The notes beneath the pieces were generated by a model, which did no database searches, was not told where the DNA came from, and saw nothing but the letters and a program-made list of their open reading frames with translations. This document shows positions 1 to 11,262 of a stretch of 64,000 nt of DNA, in pieces. This DNA is from an uncultured Verrucomicrobiae bacterium. Its GTDB lineage: Bacteria > Verrucomicrobiota > Verrucomicrobiia > Limisphaerales > Palsa-1400. The translations under genes were made by a program, and so were the position numbers. The first letter of the stretch is position 1. Each line of letters begins with the position of its first letter. The DNA is taken from contig CAVPOM010000015.1 in assembly GCA_963707025.1 (NCBI GenBank), positions 192,001 to 256,000 on the forward strand, in the 5' to 3' direction.

Positions 1-580
1 TCACCATCGCCTCAAGTTGGCGCACCAGGTTGCTTTGCGTGTCCAAGGCCTGTGCGGTCACGATGTTCGTCAGGTCCAGATCGCGCCGCAAATCCAGTCT
101 GGCATTATCCAGCAGGGCCACGTCCTGCAACTTCTTGGCCTTGGCCTGGTCCAAAGCCGCCTGGAACGGGCCGGGATCAATCTGCGCCAGCAAGTCGTTG
201 GTGCGGACATCCTGCCCTTCCGTGAAGGCGACCTTGATCAACTGGCCGTCCACGCGCGGTTTGACCGTGACCGTGTTGAAAGCCTGGACGGTGCCCAAGC
301 CGTCGAAATAAATGGAAACCTCCTTCTGCATCACCGTCCCCGGAGTAATCGGAACGGCGGGATCCACTCGTTTGGCCGCGGCGGCGGCGATGGCCTTGGT
401 TTGCTTGGCCCTCCAGACGATGAAGCCGATGCCCCCAACCACAAACAAGAGAATGATGATCCACATGAATCCTCCCGCCTGGCCGGAAGCCGGCGGGGAG
501 GGCTGGTTGGCGCCGGAAAGTTTTGCGGAGGGTGAAGTTGCCGGATTTTGCGTTCCAGGCGGTGTGTCAGTTTGCTGCAT
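1..580 (-). CDS. mdtA: RND efflux periplasmic adaptor subunit (MdtA-like), runs off the left edge
   Basis: Translated by hand from ATG at 580: MQQTDTPP...MWIIILLFVVGGIGFIVW (TM)...GLGTVQAFNTVTVKPRVDGQLIKVAFTEGQDV...LAQIDPGPFQAALDQA, a typical MFP lipoyl/hairpin motif. No stop within the window. Confidence 0.85.
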   Translation of the reverse strand, partial: MQQTDTPPGTQNPATSPSAKLSGANQPSPPASGQAGGFMWIIILLFVVGGIGFIVWRAKQTKAIAAAAAKRVDPAVPITPGTVMQKEVSIYFDGLGTVQAFNTVTVKPRVDGQLIKVAFTEGQDVRTNDLLAQIDPGPFQAALDQAKAKKLQDVALLDNARLDLRRDLDLTNIVTAQALDTQSNLVRQLEAMV

Positions 581-744
581 AGTGGAGAATTCTCAATAGC
601 CCATAAGCCGGGCCAAGGCATTGAATTTCATGGCCTTCGAACCGGCGGTTTTGGCAATTTCCAACTCATTGTTTGTGGTGCTTAGACCGACCAGCACGGT
701 TCCAGATTCACCAAAAGTGAGGGATTTGATGCACGGGCAGCCCG

Positions 745-1542
745 TCATGGTGAGTGCCCCAGACCGGGTTCATGCCAGTTGGCGGGCTTGGGTTGGGTGC
801 CTTCGACGGACGGACCGCTTCGGAACGTGGATTCCCGGATGATCAACTCACTGATCAACGCCGAGGCGCTGGCATACCGGGTAAAACCGCCCGGCGGGAC
901 AAACAGTTCCGGGGCCGGCAAATCCAAGCGGATGCCCGAGAAATCCACCGTGATCAACCGGCCCCCGCTCTCCGTGCGCAGGCGCACGGGAAACCGGTTC
1001 AAATCGTCGGCCCGCCATTCGGTCAATTTGGCGGTCGAACCGTCGCTCAATGCCACCCTCTCTTCGATGCGATGACAGGGATGGCCGTTGACCTGCTCGG
1101 GAACCGGCTCTTTGTTCTCCGGCGCCACGTTAGTGATCTCGGAAGCAGCGGAAATGGGCGCGAACCCCTGCAGCGCCTCGCTCACCACATAGCCGTGCTG
1201 GGCAACGCCGTCCCAAATAAAAAACATCCCGCCCCGCACGATTTTGCCCTTCTTCACCTTGGCGGTGCTGAGCGGTTGGAAGATCAGCCGGCCCTGCCGC
1301 TCGATCAATTGGCCGGCCGCCTCGGGCGCGCCTGGGGCGGACGGGGTGGTGGCGACGACATCGGCGCTGAAACCGTCGAAACCGGCCAGGGCAGTCGAAG
1401 CCGGGCCGGTGAGGAAGTCCGGCGGCGCTTCGTCGCCCATGTGAGCCAGGGCGGCCTCCTTGCGTTGCTCGCTGGCGCATCCCGCGAGCAACGCGGCCGC
1501 CAAAGCGATCCCCAAAGCCCCTGTGCCAGGCAAATTTCTCAT
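745..1542 (-). CDS. Hypothetical lipoprotein (DUF4412-like C-terminus)
   Basis: C-terminal part of ORF 745..2982. ATG 1542 gives signal peptide and lipobox (ALAAALLAG-C); motifs EQVNGHPC, WRADDLNRFPVR and PELFVPPGGF. Confidence 0.6.
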   Translation of the reverse strand: MRNLPGTGALGIALAAALLAGCASEQRKEAALAHMGDEAPPDFLTGPASTALAGFDGFSADVVATTPSAPGAPEAAGQLIERQGRLIFQPLSTAKVKKGKIVRGGMFFIWDGVAQHGYVVSEALQGFAPISAASEITNVAPENKEPVPEQVNGHPCHRIEERVALSDGSTAKLTEWRADDLNRFPVRLRTESGGRLITVDFSGIRLDLPAPELFVPPGGFTRYASASALISELIIRESTFRSGPSVEGTQPKPANWHEPGLGHSP

Positions 1543-1893
1543 TGCAACACCCCAATTTGACCGGAAACCACAAATGTCGCAAGGAGCATTGTGGGTCCCA
1601 TCCCCGATTCCCCACCTCGGCCTCATGAAGCCAAACCTCCCGCGAGTTGTGTCCGTCCAGTTCAGCAAATGGTTCATCGTGGCCTGCCGGGTAAAACGCG
1701 GCGGCGCAGGCTGCCAGCCGCCAGCTCGCTGGGCGTCCCGCCCGGTGTGCGCGGCTCTGCCCTCGTGCTTCCCTTTAACATTCCTTGCCCGCCATCGGCT
1801 TTTGGCGGCGGCGGGCGCATTTTGCATTTTGCATTTCCCCCGTCCCCTGATAACAATGCCCAATCCGAAAACCGGAATCTTGACATCTGACTT

Positions 1894-3177
1894 GTGAAAC
1901 TGACCGATCTGCGGGAAATCCTGCAATACATACCGCGCTTCCGCGAAAAGATTTTCGTCATCAGCATTGATGGGGCGATCGTGACCAGCGAGAATTTTGC
2001 CAATATCCTCCTGGATGTGGCGGTGTTGCGCTCGCTCAATATCCGCGTGGCGCTGGTCCACGGGGCGGCGGCGCAGATCAGCGCCCTGGCGGGCGAGCAA
2101 AAAATCCAGCCGTCCAATCTCGACGGCACCGGGGTCACCGACGCCGCCACGCTCAAGCTGGCCCTGACCGCGGCCAACCGCCTGACGCATGAAATCCTGG
2201 AGGGCTTGAGCGCCAATGACCTGCGCGCCGCCTCTTGCAACGCCCTCATCGCCCATCCCCTGGGCATCCTTCACGGCGTGGACCATTTGTTCACGGGCAA
2301 GGTGGAGCGGGTGGACGTGGAGATGTTGCAAGGGTTGCTCGCCCAGGGGATCGTCCCGGTCATGCCGCCCCTGGGTTTTGACGGCGACGGCAGGACTTTC
2401 CGCGTCAATTCGGATTCGGTGGCGCTGGAACTGGCCAAGGCCTTGAACGCCGCCAAGCTCATTTACATGGCCACCCAGGACGGGCTGATCTGTCAGGGCC
2501 GGTTGATCCGCCAAATGCTGGTGGCGGACCTGGACGCGCTGCTGGCCCAGCACAAAAATAATTTCGCGCCGGAAATTCTTTCCAAGGCGCAGCACGCCTC
2601 CGCCGCCTGCCGCGCCGGCGTGCCCCGCGTCCACGTCCTCAACGGCCGGGTGGATGAGGCCCTGCTGGCGGAGGTCTTTTCCAACGAGGGCATCGGCACC
2701 CTCATTTACGCCAATGAATACCAGCAGATCCGCCGCGCCATGAAGAAGGACGTCCGCGCCATCCTGTTGTTGACCAAGGACTCGGTGGAGACCGAGGAAC
2801 TGGTCCGGCGCAGCCGCGCCACCATCGAAAAATCCCTCGCCGATTTTTATATCTTTGAGACGGACAAGAATCCGGTGGCGTGCGTGGCCCTGCATCAATT
2901 GGACCAGACCAGAGCGGAGCTGGCCTGCCTCTACGTCAGTCCGTTGCATGAGAACCAGGGCATTGGCCAGAAACTCATTCAATTTGTCGAGAACAAGGCG
3001 CGCGATCTGGGCATGACCGAGTTGCTCGTGCTTTCCACCCAGGCCTTCACCTATTTTCAGTCCAAGGGCGGGTTCGCTGAAGGGTCGCCGGAGGATTTGC
3101 CGCCCCCGCGACGGGAAAAGTACGAGCAGAGCGGCCGAAACTCCAAGGTGCTGGTAAAAAAACTCGCGCCCAAATGA
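1894..3177 (+). CDS. argA: Amino-acid N-acetyltransferase (N-acetylglutamate synthase)
   Basis: N-terminal amino-acid kinase-like domain (YIPRFREKIFVI, LVHGA, NSDSVA) plus C-terminal GNAT domain (ELACLYV...NQGIGQKL). Stop overlaps the gltX start (ATGA). Confidence 0.9.
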   Translation: MKLTDLREILQYIPRFREKIFVISIDGAIVTSENFANILLDVAVLRSLNIRVALVHGAAAQISALAGEQKIQPSNLDGTGVTDAATLKLALTAANRLTHEILEGLSANDLRAASCNALIAHPLGILHGVDHLFTGKVERVDVEMLQGLLAQGIVPVMPPLGFDGDGRTFRVNSDSVALELAKALNAAKLIYMATQDGLICQGRLIRQMLVADLDALLAQHKNNFAPEILSKAQHASAACRAGVPRVHVLNGRVDEALLAEVFSNEGIGTLIYANEYQQIRRAMKKDVRAILLLTKDSVETEELVRRSRATIEKSLADFYIFETDKNPVACVALHQLDQTRAELACLYVSPLHENQGIGQKLIQFVENKARDLGMTELLVLSTQAFTYFQSKGGFAEGSPEDLPPPRREKYEQSGRNSKVLVKKLAPK

Positions 3178-4508
3178 GCGTCCGCGTCCGATTCGCCCCC
3201 AGTCCCACCGGCTTTCTCCACATCGGCGGCGCGCGCACGGCCTTGTTCAACTGGCTTTATGCGCGGCACACCGGCGGCACCTTTATCCTGCGCATCGAGG
3301 ACACCGACGTGGCCCGCAATACGCAGGAGGCGACGGAGGTCATTCTGAGCGGCTTGCGCTGGCTGGGTTTGAATTGGGACGAAGGGCCGGTGAGCGGCGA
3401 TCCGTCCGGCGCGAGCCTGGGGGACTGCGGCCCCTACTTCCAATCGCAACGCGGCGGGATTTACCTCCGGCGCGTCCAGGAACTCAAGGACAAGGGCCTG
3501 GCTTATGATTCCGAAGGCGCCGTCAAATTCAAAATGCCCCGCCAGCCGGTCTTGATTCCTGACCTGGTCGTGGGAAATGTCCTGCGCGAGCTGACGGACC
3601 GCGAGGCGGCCGACCCGGATTTTGTCATCGTGCGTTCCGACGGCCAGCCGGTTTTTCATCTGGTCAACGTGGTGGACGATCTGGAAATGAAGATCACCCA
3701 CGTCATTCGCGGCGAGGATCATCTCTCCAACACAGCCAAGCATATCGCGCTCTTCCGCGCCTTCGGCGTGGCGCCGCCGCATTATGCGCACATTCCGCTC
3801 ATTCTGAATCCGGACGGCGCCAAGATGAGCAAGCGCGACGCGGGCGCGTCGCTGCGGTCTTATATGGAAGAGGGCAGCGTGCCGGAAGCCGTGGTCAATT
3901 ACTTGTGTCTCCTCGGCTGGTCGCCCAAGGCAAACCGGGAAAAAATGCCGGTGGAGGAAACGATCCGCCTTTTCGACCTGCCGCAAATTCTCCGGCACAA
4001 CGCCCGTTTCGACCTCAACAAACTGCGCTGGCTGGACGCCGAATACATCCGCGAGATGGGCGAAGACCGGTTCAGGGAATTGGGCATCGCCGCGCTGGCC
4101 CGGGCGGGCCTTCCTGTCAACACTTATTCTGTGGATTACGCGCGCGCCGCCCTCGCCACCTGCCGGGGTAAAATCAAGCGCTTCGGCGACCTGCCCGCAT
4201 ACGCCGGTTTTTATTTCAAAGAAGAAGTGCAGATGGATCCCGTGCCGGCGGAAAAGGAATTCACGCCTGAGAACAAGGAGCGGTTGCGGAAGTTTAGCGC
4301 CGCGCTATCGCAGTTGCCGGAGTTCAACGCCGCCACCATCGAGCAAACCCTCAAGGCCGTGGCGGCGGAACTGGGCGTGAAAGCCGGCGTGCTGGTGCAT
4401 CCCGTGCGCCTGGCCTGCACCGGCGCCGCCGCCGGTCCGAGCCTCTATCATCTCATGGAAGTCCTCGGCAAGGAACGCGTCCTCAAACGCCTCGCGCCTT
4501 ATGTCTGA
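3174..4508 (+). CDS. gltX: Glutamate--tRNA ligase
   Basis: RFAPSPTGFLHIGG, LRIEDTD, ITHVIRGEDHLSNT and KMSKR class I motifs. Confidence 0.97.
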   Translation: MSVRVRFAPSPTGFLHIGGARTALFNWLYARHTGGTFILRIEDTDVARNTQEATEVILSGLRWLGLNWDEGPVSGDPSGASLGDCGPYFQSQRGGIYLRRVQELKDKGLAYDSEGAVKFKMPRQPVLIPDLVVGNVLRELTDREAADPDFVIVRSDGQPVFHLVNVVDDLEMKITHVIRGEDHLSNTAKHIALFRAFGVAPPHYAHIPLILNPDGAKMSKRDAGASLRSYMEEGSVPEAVVNYLCLLGWSPKANREKMPVEETIRLFDLPQILRHNARFDLNKLRWLDAEYIREMGEDRFRELGIAALARAGLPVNTYSVDYARAALATCRGKIKRFGDLPAYAGFYFKEEVQMDPVPAEKEFTPENKERLRKFSAALSQLPEFNAATIEQTLKAVAAELGVKAGVLVHPVRLACTGAAAGPSLYHLMEVLGKERVLKRLAPYV

Positions 4509-4786
4509 CACCTCTGTCAAACATACGAAAGAATCACGATTTCCGCCTTTGTGCCCTCCTCGGATGTTCGTAAACCTCCGAGGTTTTTTCGAACTCAGTA
4601 ATGCTGGTCACGGTTGCCAGTGGAACGAGGATGCGCCGTCCACGAACCGTCTTCCCAGAATCATTGCCGTGGCGACCCTCGATGAACAGCACCCCCTCGT
4701 AGCGATGCAAACTCGGATCTTCAACGACGGCAAATCCCTCGGTGACGCCATCAACTCCGCCGAAGGTCACGAGCGCAACGGGCTTA

Positions 4787-5790
4787 GAGCGTTTCCATAA
4801 ATGATATAGCTTGACTGGGGCGAGAGGGCTGGCAGGCTTGAGCCATGCGAGCGATACCCGTGTCTGCGCGCGAGCGCATCCTGCAACTCTATGAACAAGG
4901 CAAAAGCACCCGCGAGATCGCGGACTTTTTCGGCTTTTGCGTGGCGGCGGTGCGCCGGGTCCGGCAGCAGTTCCAAGAGCGCGGCACGCTCCAGCCGCAA
5001 ACCCATTTGTGCGGGCGCAAAACGCTGCTGAACGCCGGACGCCAGGCTCGCCTGCAAAAGCTGGTGGCGGCCCAGCCCGACGCGACGTTGGCCGAGTTGG
5101 GGGCGCGTCTGGACCGCCCTTTCGGGACCTCCACTGTGGATTTGTGGCTGCGCAAACTGGGGTTGAGCTATAAAAAAAACGCTCTGCGCCGCCGAGCAGA
5201 ACCGTCCGGACGTGGCCGAAAAGCGGGCCCATTGGCATGAGCGTCTGGCAAGTGACCCACCTGCCCGACTGGTCTTCGTGGATGAAAGCGGGGCCAACAC
5301 CAAGATGACCCGTTTTTGCGGGCGGTCACCCGTGGGCCGAAGACTGGCGGCCCACGTCCCGCAGGGACATTATCAGACCACCACCCTGGTCTGCGCCATT
5401 CGTCTGGCCGGGCCTGCGGCCCCCTGCCTCTTTGAGGGGGCCATGGACGGGGAAATGTTTTTGGCCTGGATCCAGCAGGGGCTGGTGGTGGAGTTGCGCA
5501 AGGGTGACTTGGTCATCATGGACAACTTGGCCACGCATAAGGTGACCGGAGTCCGCCAAGCCATCGAAGAGGCCGGGGCAACGCTGCTGTATCTGCCGCC
5601 CTATTCGCCAGACTTTAATCCCATCGAAAATATGTGGAGCAAGGTCAAACAAATTATGCGAGGTCTCGCGCCGCGAACCGCCAAGGAACTGCTCCAAGCG
5701 GCGAAGATTGCCTTTGAAGCCATCTCCACCGCCGATTGCCGGGGCTTCTTTTTAAACGCCCGCTACGCTACATGATTTATGGAAATGCTC
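4787..5790 (+). mobile_element. IS630-family insertion sequence, copy 1 (1004 bp)
   Basis: TIRs GAGCGTTTCCATAAAT / ATTTATGGAAATGCTC; TA duplication at 4785-4786 and 5791-5792. Confidence 0.95.
4845..5775 (+). CDS. IS630 transposase (HTH ORF 4845..5240 plus DDE ORF to 5775, joined at an A8 run)
   Basis: Motifs VFVDESG, VIMDNLATHK, LPPYSPDFNPIE. Frames join by a +1 shift at TATAAAAAAAAC, identical in both copies. Confidence 0.92.
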
Positions 5791-5861
5791 TAGTGAAGAG
5801 CTTTGGTTTCATTTTCTTGGCAACAAAGACTCACATAATGTGGTCATATTTCTGACAAGAT

Positions 5862-8723
5862 TTACGGCGCGGCGGCGAGTTGGCGGAGGACGAAGGGCAG
5901 AATGCCGCCGTGCTGGTAGTAGTCTATTTCTATCGGCGTATCTATGCGGCAGCGGACGGTCACATTCTCCGTCGCACCGGTGGCGCGGGTGATGCGGAGG
6001 GTCAGGTCTTGCTGGGGCTTGAGGTTGTTCGTCAGGCCGAGGACATCATAGGTTTCCGTGCCGTCCAATTTGAGGGTTTGGGCGGAAACATTTTCCCGGA
6101 ATTGCAGGGGCAGGATGCCCATGCCGACGAGGTTGGAACGGTGGATGCGCTCGAAACTTTGCGCGACGACCACTTTGACGCCCAGCAAGCGCGTCCCCTT
6201 GGCGGCCCAGTCGCGCGAACTGCCGGTGCCGTATTCCAGGCCGGCCAGGACAATGAGCGGCGTGTTTTTTTCGGCGTATTTGACGGCGGCGTCGAAGATG
6301 CTCATCGGTTCGCCGCCGGGCTGGAATCGCGTCACGCCGCCTTCCACTCCAGGCGTCATCAGGTTCTTGATGCGGACGTTGGCGAAGGTGCCGCGCGTCA
6401 TCACCCGGTCGTTGCCGCGGCGGGAACCGTAGCTGTTGAAATCCACAAAGTTCACCCCGTGCTCGATGAGATACTTGCCCGCCGGCGAAGTTTTTTTGAT
6501 GCTGCCGGCCGGCGAGATGTGATCGGTGGTGACGCTGTCGCCAAAAATGCCCAGGGGCCGCGCCCCTTTGATTTCAGCAATAACGCCCGGTTGCAGGCTG
6601 AAGTTCTCGAGGAAGGGCGGTTCCTGGATGTAAGTGCTTTGCGGGTCCCACTGATAGACCTGGCCGAGGCTGGCGGGGATTTCGTTCCACTTGGGATTTA
6701 GCGCGGCGAAATCCCGGTATAATTGACGGAACACTTCGGGCTTGAGGGCGGATTGCATGGCCTGGCGGATTTCGTGGGAAGTGGGCCAGATGTCCTTCAA
6801 ATAAACCGGCCGCCCTGCCAGGCCCGCGCCCAGCGGCTCGGTTGTCAAATCTATTGTCACCCGCCCGGCCAGGGCAAAGGCCACCACCAGCGGCGGGGAC
6901 ATGAGGAAATTGGCCTTGATGTTCTGATGGATGCGCGCCTCAAAGTTGCGGTTGCCGGAAAGGACGGCCGCGGCGATGACGTCGTTTTTGACCACCGCCT
7001 CCTCCACCGGCGCGGCCAGCGGGCCGGAATTGCCGATGCAAGTGGTGCAACCGTAACCGACCAGGTTGAAGCCGAGCCGATCCAGATAAGGTTGCAGGCC
7101 GGTCTTGGTCAAATAATCGGTCACGACGCGCGAACCGGGCGCAAGCGAGGCCTTGAGCAGCGGATGAGGCCTAAGCCCCTTTTCCACGGCTCTTTTGGCG
7201 AGCAAACCGGCGGCGAGCATGACGGAGGGATTGCTGGTATTGGTGCAACTGGTGATGGCGGCGATCAAAACGTCGCCGTGGCGCACCTGGCTGCCGCCGC
7301 CGGACGAGCCAACCGGGGCGGGCGCGACCGGGCCGGGGGTTGGCCGGTTGTTGGTCATTTCCAACTCGGTGAAAGCGTTGGTGTTTTGTTGCACGGAGCG
7401 CTGGGGCACGACCGGGTCCTGGCTGCCGCCGCCGGGCGCAGCAGGGCCATCGGCCAGCACCGGAAAGGCGCGCGGCAAATCGCCGGCCGCCTTGCCGAAG
7501 CCGTTTTCGGCGGCGGGCTTGGAAAAGGTCTTGGTGAATTCCTCCTTCAGCGCGGCCAATTCGATTTTGTCCTGCGGCCGTTTTGGTCCGGCCACACTCG
7601 GGCGCACGCCGGCCAGGTCCAGTTCCAGGTGAGTGGAGTAGGTGATGTCCCCCTTTTTGGGAATTCCGAAGAGGCCCTGCGCGCGGAAATAATTTTCGTA
7701 AAGGCGGCAATGTTCCTCACTGCGCCCGGTTTGGCGCAGGTAATCAACACACTCGGAGTCAATGGGAAAAAAGCCCATGGTCGCGCCGTATTCGGGGGCC
7801 ATGTTGGCAATGGTGGCGCGGTCCACCACCGGCAGGGCCGCCGCGCCGGGGCCGTAAAACTCCACGAATTTGCCCACTACTTTGGCCTGGCGCAGCATGG
7901 CGGTGACGGTAAGGGCCAGATCGGTGGCGGTGACGCCTTCGCCCAGCGCGCCGGTCAGATGGACGCCCACCACGTCGGGCGTCAGAAAATAAACGGGCTG
8001 GCCCAACATGCCGGCTTCCGCCTCGATGCCGCCCACCCCCCAGCCGACGATGCCCAAGCCGTTGATCATGGTGGTATGGGAATCGGTGCCGACGAGCGTG
8101 TCGGGATAATAAACGGGCGGCGCCTCCGGGGTGGCCAGGACGCCTTTGGCCAGATATTCCAAGTTGACCTGGTGAACGATGCCGATGCCGGGCGGGACCA
8201 CTTTGAAAGTGTCGAACGCTTGCATGCCCCATTTGAGGAATTGGTAGCGTTCGCCGTTGCGCTGGAATTCCATGTCCAGGTTGCGCGACAGGGCCTGGGC
8301 GGTGCCGGCGAAATCCACCTGCACGGAGTGGTCCACCACCAGGTCCACCGGAACGAGCGGCTCGATGATTTTGGGATTTTTTCCCAAACGCACCACGGCG
8401 GAGCGCATGGCCGCCAAGTCCACCAAGAGCGGCACGCCGGTGAAATCCTGCAGGACAATGCGGGCGACGATGAAGGGAATCTCCTGGGTGCGCGGCCCGT
8501 TGGGCTGCCATTGCGCCAGTTGGCGGATATTGGTTTCCGTGACCTTTTTGCCATCGCAATTGCGCAGGACTGATTCGAGGACCAGGCGGATGGAGACGGG
8601 CAGTTTGGAAACCGGCCCGAGGCCGGCTTTCTCGAGGGCGGGAAGGGAGTAAAAGGCGGCGGATTGGCCGTGGCCGGCGTCGAATTGTTGGAGCGAATCG
8701 AAAAGGTTATGTCTTTTGTTCAT
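5862..8723 (-). CDS. acnA: Aconitate hydratase A
   Basis: [37 protein letters not shown] and [10 protein letters not shown] motifs. Start set at ATG 8723 (MNKRHNLF). Confidence 0.97.
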   Translation of the reverse strand: MNKRHNLFDSLQQFDAGHGQSAAFYSLPALEKAGLGPVSKLPVSIRLVLESVLRNCDGKKVTETNIRQLAQWQPNGPRTQEIPFIVARIVLQDFTGVPLLVDLAAMRSAVVRLGKNPKIIEPLVPVDLVVDHSVQVDFAGTAQALSRNLDMEFQRNGERYQFLKWGMQAFDTFKVVPPGIGIVHQVNLEYLAKGVLATPEAPPVYYPDTLVGTDSHTTMINGLGIVGWGVGGIEAEAGMLGQPVYFLTPDVVGVHLTGALGEGVTATDLALTVTAMLRQAKVVGKFVEFYGPGAAALPVVDRATIANMAPEYGATMGFFPIDSECVDYLRQTGRSEEHCRLYENYFRAQGLFGIPKKGDITYSTHLELDLAGVRPSVAGPKRPQDKIELAALKEEFTKTFSKPAAENGFGKAAGDLPRAFPVLADGPAAPGGGSQDPVVPQRSVQQNTNAFTELEMTNNRPTPGPVAPAPVGSSGGGSQVRHGDVLIAAITSCTNTSNPSVMLAAGLLAKRAVEKGLRPHPLLKASLAPGSRVVTDYLTKTGLQPYLDRLGFNLVGYGCTTCIGNSGPLAAPVEEAVVKNDVIAAAVLSGNRNFEARIHQNIKANFLMSPPLVVAFALAGRVTIDLTTEPLGAGLAGRPVYLKDIWPTSHEIRQAMQSALKPEVFRQLYRDFAALNPKWNEIPASLGQVYQWDPQSTYIQEPPFLENFSLQPGVIAEIKGARPLGIFGDSVTTDHISPAGSIKKTSPAGKYLIEHGVNFVDFNSYGSRRGNDRVMTRGTFANVRIKNLMTPGVEGGVTRFQPGGEPMSIFDAAVKYAEKNTPLIVLAGLEYGTGSSRDWAAKGTRLLGVKVVVAQSFERIHRSNLVGMGILPLQFRENVSAQTLKLDGTETYDVLGLTNNLKPQQDLTLRITRATGATENVTVRCRIDTPIEIDYYQHGGILPFVLRQLAAAP

Positions 8724-8905
8724 GGCGTTCGTGGTCCGGCCGTGGTCTTGGGCGGACGTTAGAAAATGGCGTTTGGCCGGGGCGGTGTCAATCTCCGTTC
8801 GGCCGCAGCGCGCATCTTGAAAGCGCCACCCAAAAGTCAAACGCCGCCACCCGCAAAAGATTGCGGTTCCGCTGGTCTGGTGTAGGTTGGTCCAACATCA
8901 GCGAC

Positions 8906-11221
8906 ATGATAAGGACGGTTCGAGTTTCCATTCTAGTGACAGCTTTGGCCCTGGCCGGCGCGCGCCTCCCGGAGGCCCGGGCGCAAGGCAATGAGATCAT
9001 TTATTCCAACAGCTTGCAAAATGGGTGGGCCAATTGGAGTTGGGCGACCAATAATTTAAGCTGCACCAGTCCCGTCCTTCCGGGCTATTCCGACTCGATC
9101 AGCGTCTCCTGCAGTAATAACACCGCCCTCTATTTGCATCAGGCCCCTTCGGATTCGACGCCCTTCACCAACCTGACCTTTTGGCTCAATGGCGGGACCT
9201 CCGGCCATCAGGTCCTGACGGTGACAGGTACGCTCAGTGAGACTCACCAGACCCTTTATACCCTGCCGGCCCTGGTCGCCAACACCTGGCAGCAATTTAC
9301 CGTTTCCCTTGCGTCCTTGGGCGTGGCCGGCCAGCCCAACTTTGACGGCATTTGGATCTGGAACGACAACAATTTCACCATCCCGACCTTTTATGTCGAG
9401 GACATCGTCCTGGTGGCCGGGCCGCCGCCGGGGCCGAACCCGACTAATTTTATTGGAATTGACGCCGGCGCCAATCGCAAGCCGATCAGTCCGCAGATTT
9501 ACGGCACTGCCTTTGCCACCTCCAATCAACTGGCCGATTTGAATTTCACCATGAACCGGTCGGGCGGGAATGAAGAAACGACCTATAATTGGGAGATCAA
9601 CGCCCACGGCAAGGGCGCCGATTGGTATTTTGAGAGTTATCCCGACAGTTCCGCCACACCCGGGGAGTCGGCGGACTCGGTTGTGGCCAACAGCAAGAGC
9701 GGCGGAGCACAGCCGATGATCACCATCCCCATGATCGGCTGGTCGCCCATGCTCGGGGCCGGCCGGAGCATCCTCTACAGCTATGCCGTGAGCAACTACG
9801 GCCCGCAAACCTCCGTGGACCCGTACCTGACCAATGCCGGCAACGGCATCAGCATCACCAACGACACGCCCATCACCTGGAACAATCCCAACGACGCCAA
9901 TTTCCCCACCAACATCGCCTTTCAGCAGGGCTATGTGCAGCATCTCCTGGGCCGGTGGGGGGCGTCCACCAACGGGGGTGTCGGCTATTACCTCATGGAC
10001 AACGAGCACAGCATTTGGTTTTCCACCCACCAGGACATCCATCCCGTCGGGCCAACCATGCAGGAAATCTGGACCAAAATGCTCGCCGCGGCCAGCATGG
10101 TCAAATCCAACGACCCCAACGCGCTCGTGCTCGGTCCGGAAGAATGGGGCTGGCCGGGTTATTTCTACAGCGGCTACGACCAGCAATGGTCCGGTCAACA
10201 CTCGGATTACAACCCGGCCGACTATCCCGACCGCTCCAGCAACGGCGGGTGGGATTACATGCCCTGGCTGCTCAGCCAGTTTTATCAGCACAACACCAAT
10301 TCCGGGCAGCGCCTGCTGGATTACTTCACGCTGCATTGCTATCCGCAGGAAGGCGACGTGGGCAGCCAAGACGACGTCTCCACCACGACGGCCCTGCTGC
10401 GCAACCAGTCCACCCGCCAGTTCTGGGATTCCAACTATGTGGACCCGAGTTGGATCAACAGCGTCATCATGCTCATCCCCCGGATGAAAGGCTGGGTTTC
10501 GACCAATTATCCCGGCACCAAAATCGGCATCACCGAATACAACTGGGGCGCCGAGCCTTACCTCAACGGCGCCACCGCCCAGGCCGACCTTCTGGGAATC
10601 TTCGGACGCCAGGGATTGGACCTGGCCACACGCTGGACGACCCCCGCCAACACCACGCCGACTTACCTGGCCATGAAAATGTATCGCAATTACGACGGCA
10701 ACCGCTCCGCCTTCGGCGACACCAGCCTGCTGGCGGGCGGGCCGGATCCCGACAATGTCGCGGTCTTCGCGGCCCAGCGTTCCACCGACGAGGCCCTGAC
10801 GGTCATGGTGGTCAGCAAGTACTTGACGGGCACGACGCCGCTGGCCGTCAACCTCACCAACTTCCTGGGCAACGGCACCGCCCAAGTCTGGCAGCTCAAC
10901 GCCAGCAATGTCATCGCCCGCCTGGGCGATTTGACCTGGAGCAACGGCGCCTTGCAAACGACCGTGCCCGGCCAAAGCGTCACCCTGCTGGTTCTACCGC
11001 CCAGTTCCGCGCTGGCCCTCGTGCCCGGAGCGCCGCGGACCGACGGGCAATTCGAATTCTGGGTCAACGGGGAAATTGGACGCAGCTTTGTCTTGCAATC
11101 CTCCACCAACCTTTTGCGCTGGACCCCCGCCAGCACCAACACCTTTGCGGGCGCCAGCGCCCGTTTTCTGCTTCCCGGCGGCTCGCGCCCTCAATTCTGC
11201 CGCGCCGTGCTCTCGCATTGA
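8906..11221 (+). CDS. Secreted glycoside hydrolase family 44 (endoglucanase/xyloglucanase) with N-terminal CBM-like module and C-terminal beta domain
   Basis: Signal peptide; GH44 motifs RSGGN..TTYNW, DWYFES, MDNEHSIWFSTHQDIHP and GITEYNWG. Confidence 0.85.
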   Translation: MIRTVRVSILVTALALAGARLPEARAQGNEIIYSNSLQNGWANWSWATNNLSCTSPVLPGYSDSISVSCSNNTALYLHQAPSDSTPFTNLTFWLNGGTSGHQVLTVTGTLSETHQTLYTLPALVANTWQQFTVSLASLGVAGQPNFDGIWIWNDNNFTIPTFYVEDIVLVAGPPPGPNPTNFIGIDAGANRKPISPQIYGTAFATSNQLADLNFTMNRSGGNEETTYNWEINAHGKGADWYFESYPDSSATPGESADSVVANSKSGGAQPMITIPMIGWSPMLGAGRSILYSYAVSNYGPQTSVDPYLTNAGNGISITNDTPITWNNPNDANFPTNIAFQQGYVQHLLGRWGASTNGGVGYYLMDNEHSIWFSTHQDIHPVGPTMQEIWTKMLAAASMVKSNDPNALVLGPEEWGWPGYFYSGYDQQWSGQHSDYNPADYPDRSSNGGWDYMPWLLSQFYQHNTNSGQRLLDYFTLHCYPQEGDVGSQDDVSTTTALLRNQSTRQFWDSNYVDPSWINSVIMLIPRMKGWVSTNYPGTKIGITEYNWGAEPYLNGATAQADLLGIFGRQGLDLATRWTTPANTTPTYLAMKMYRNYDGNRSAFGDTSLLAGGPDPDNVAVFAAQRSTDEALTVMVVSKYLTGTTPLAVNLTNFLGNGTAQVWQLNASNVIARLGDLTWSNGALQTTVPGQSVTLLVLPPSSALALVPGAPRTDGQFEFWVNGEIGRSFVLQSSTNLLRWTPASTNTFAGASARFLLPGGSRPQFCRAVLSH

Positions 11222-11262
11222 AATCCGCACCTTCCCGGGCAAGGGTTGCACAAAGGGCAAAA

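Larger units (their letters stand above)
4534..5812 (-). pseudogene. 90-aa hypothetical protein interrupted by IS630 after codon 7
   Basis: Removing IS 4787..5790 and one TA restores an open frame: MKPKLFT|KPVALVTFGGVDGVTEGFAVVEDP...RRAQRRKS*. Confidence 0.7.
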
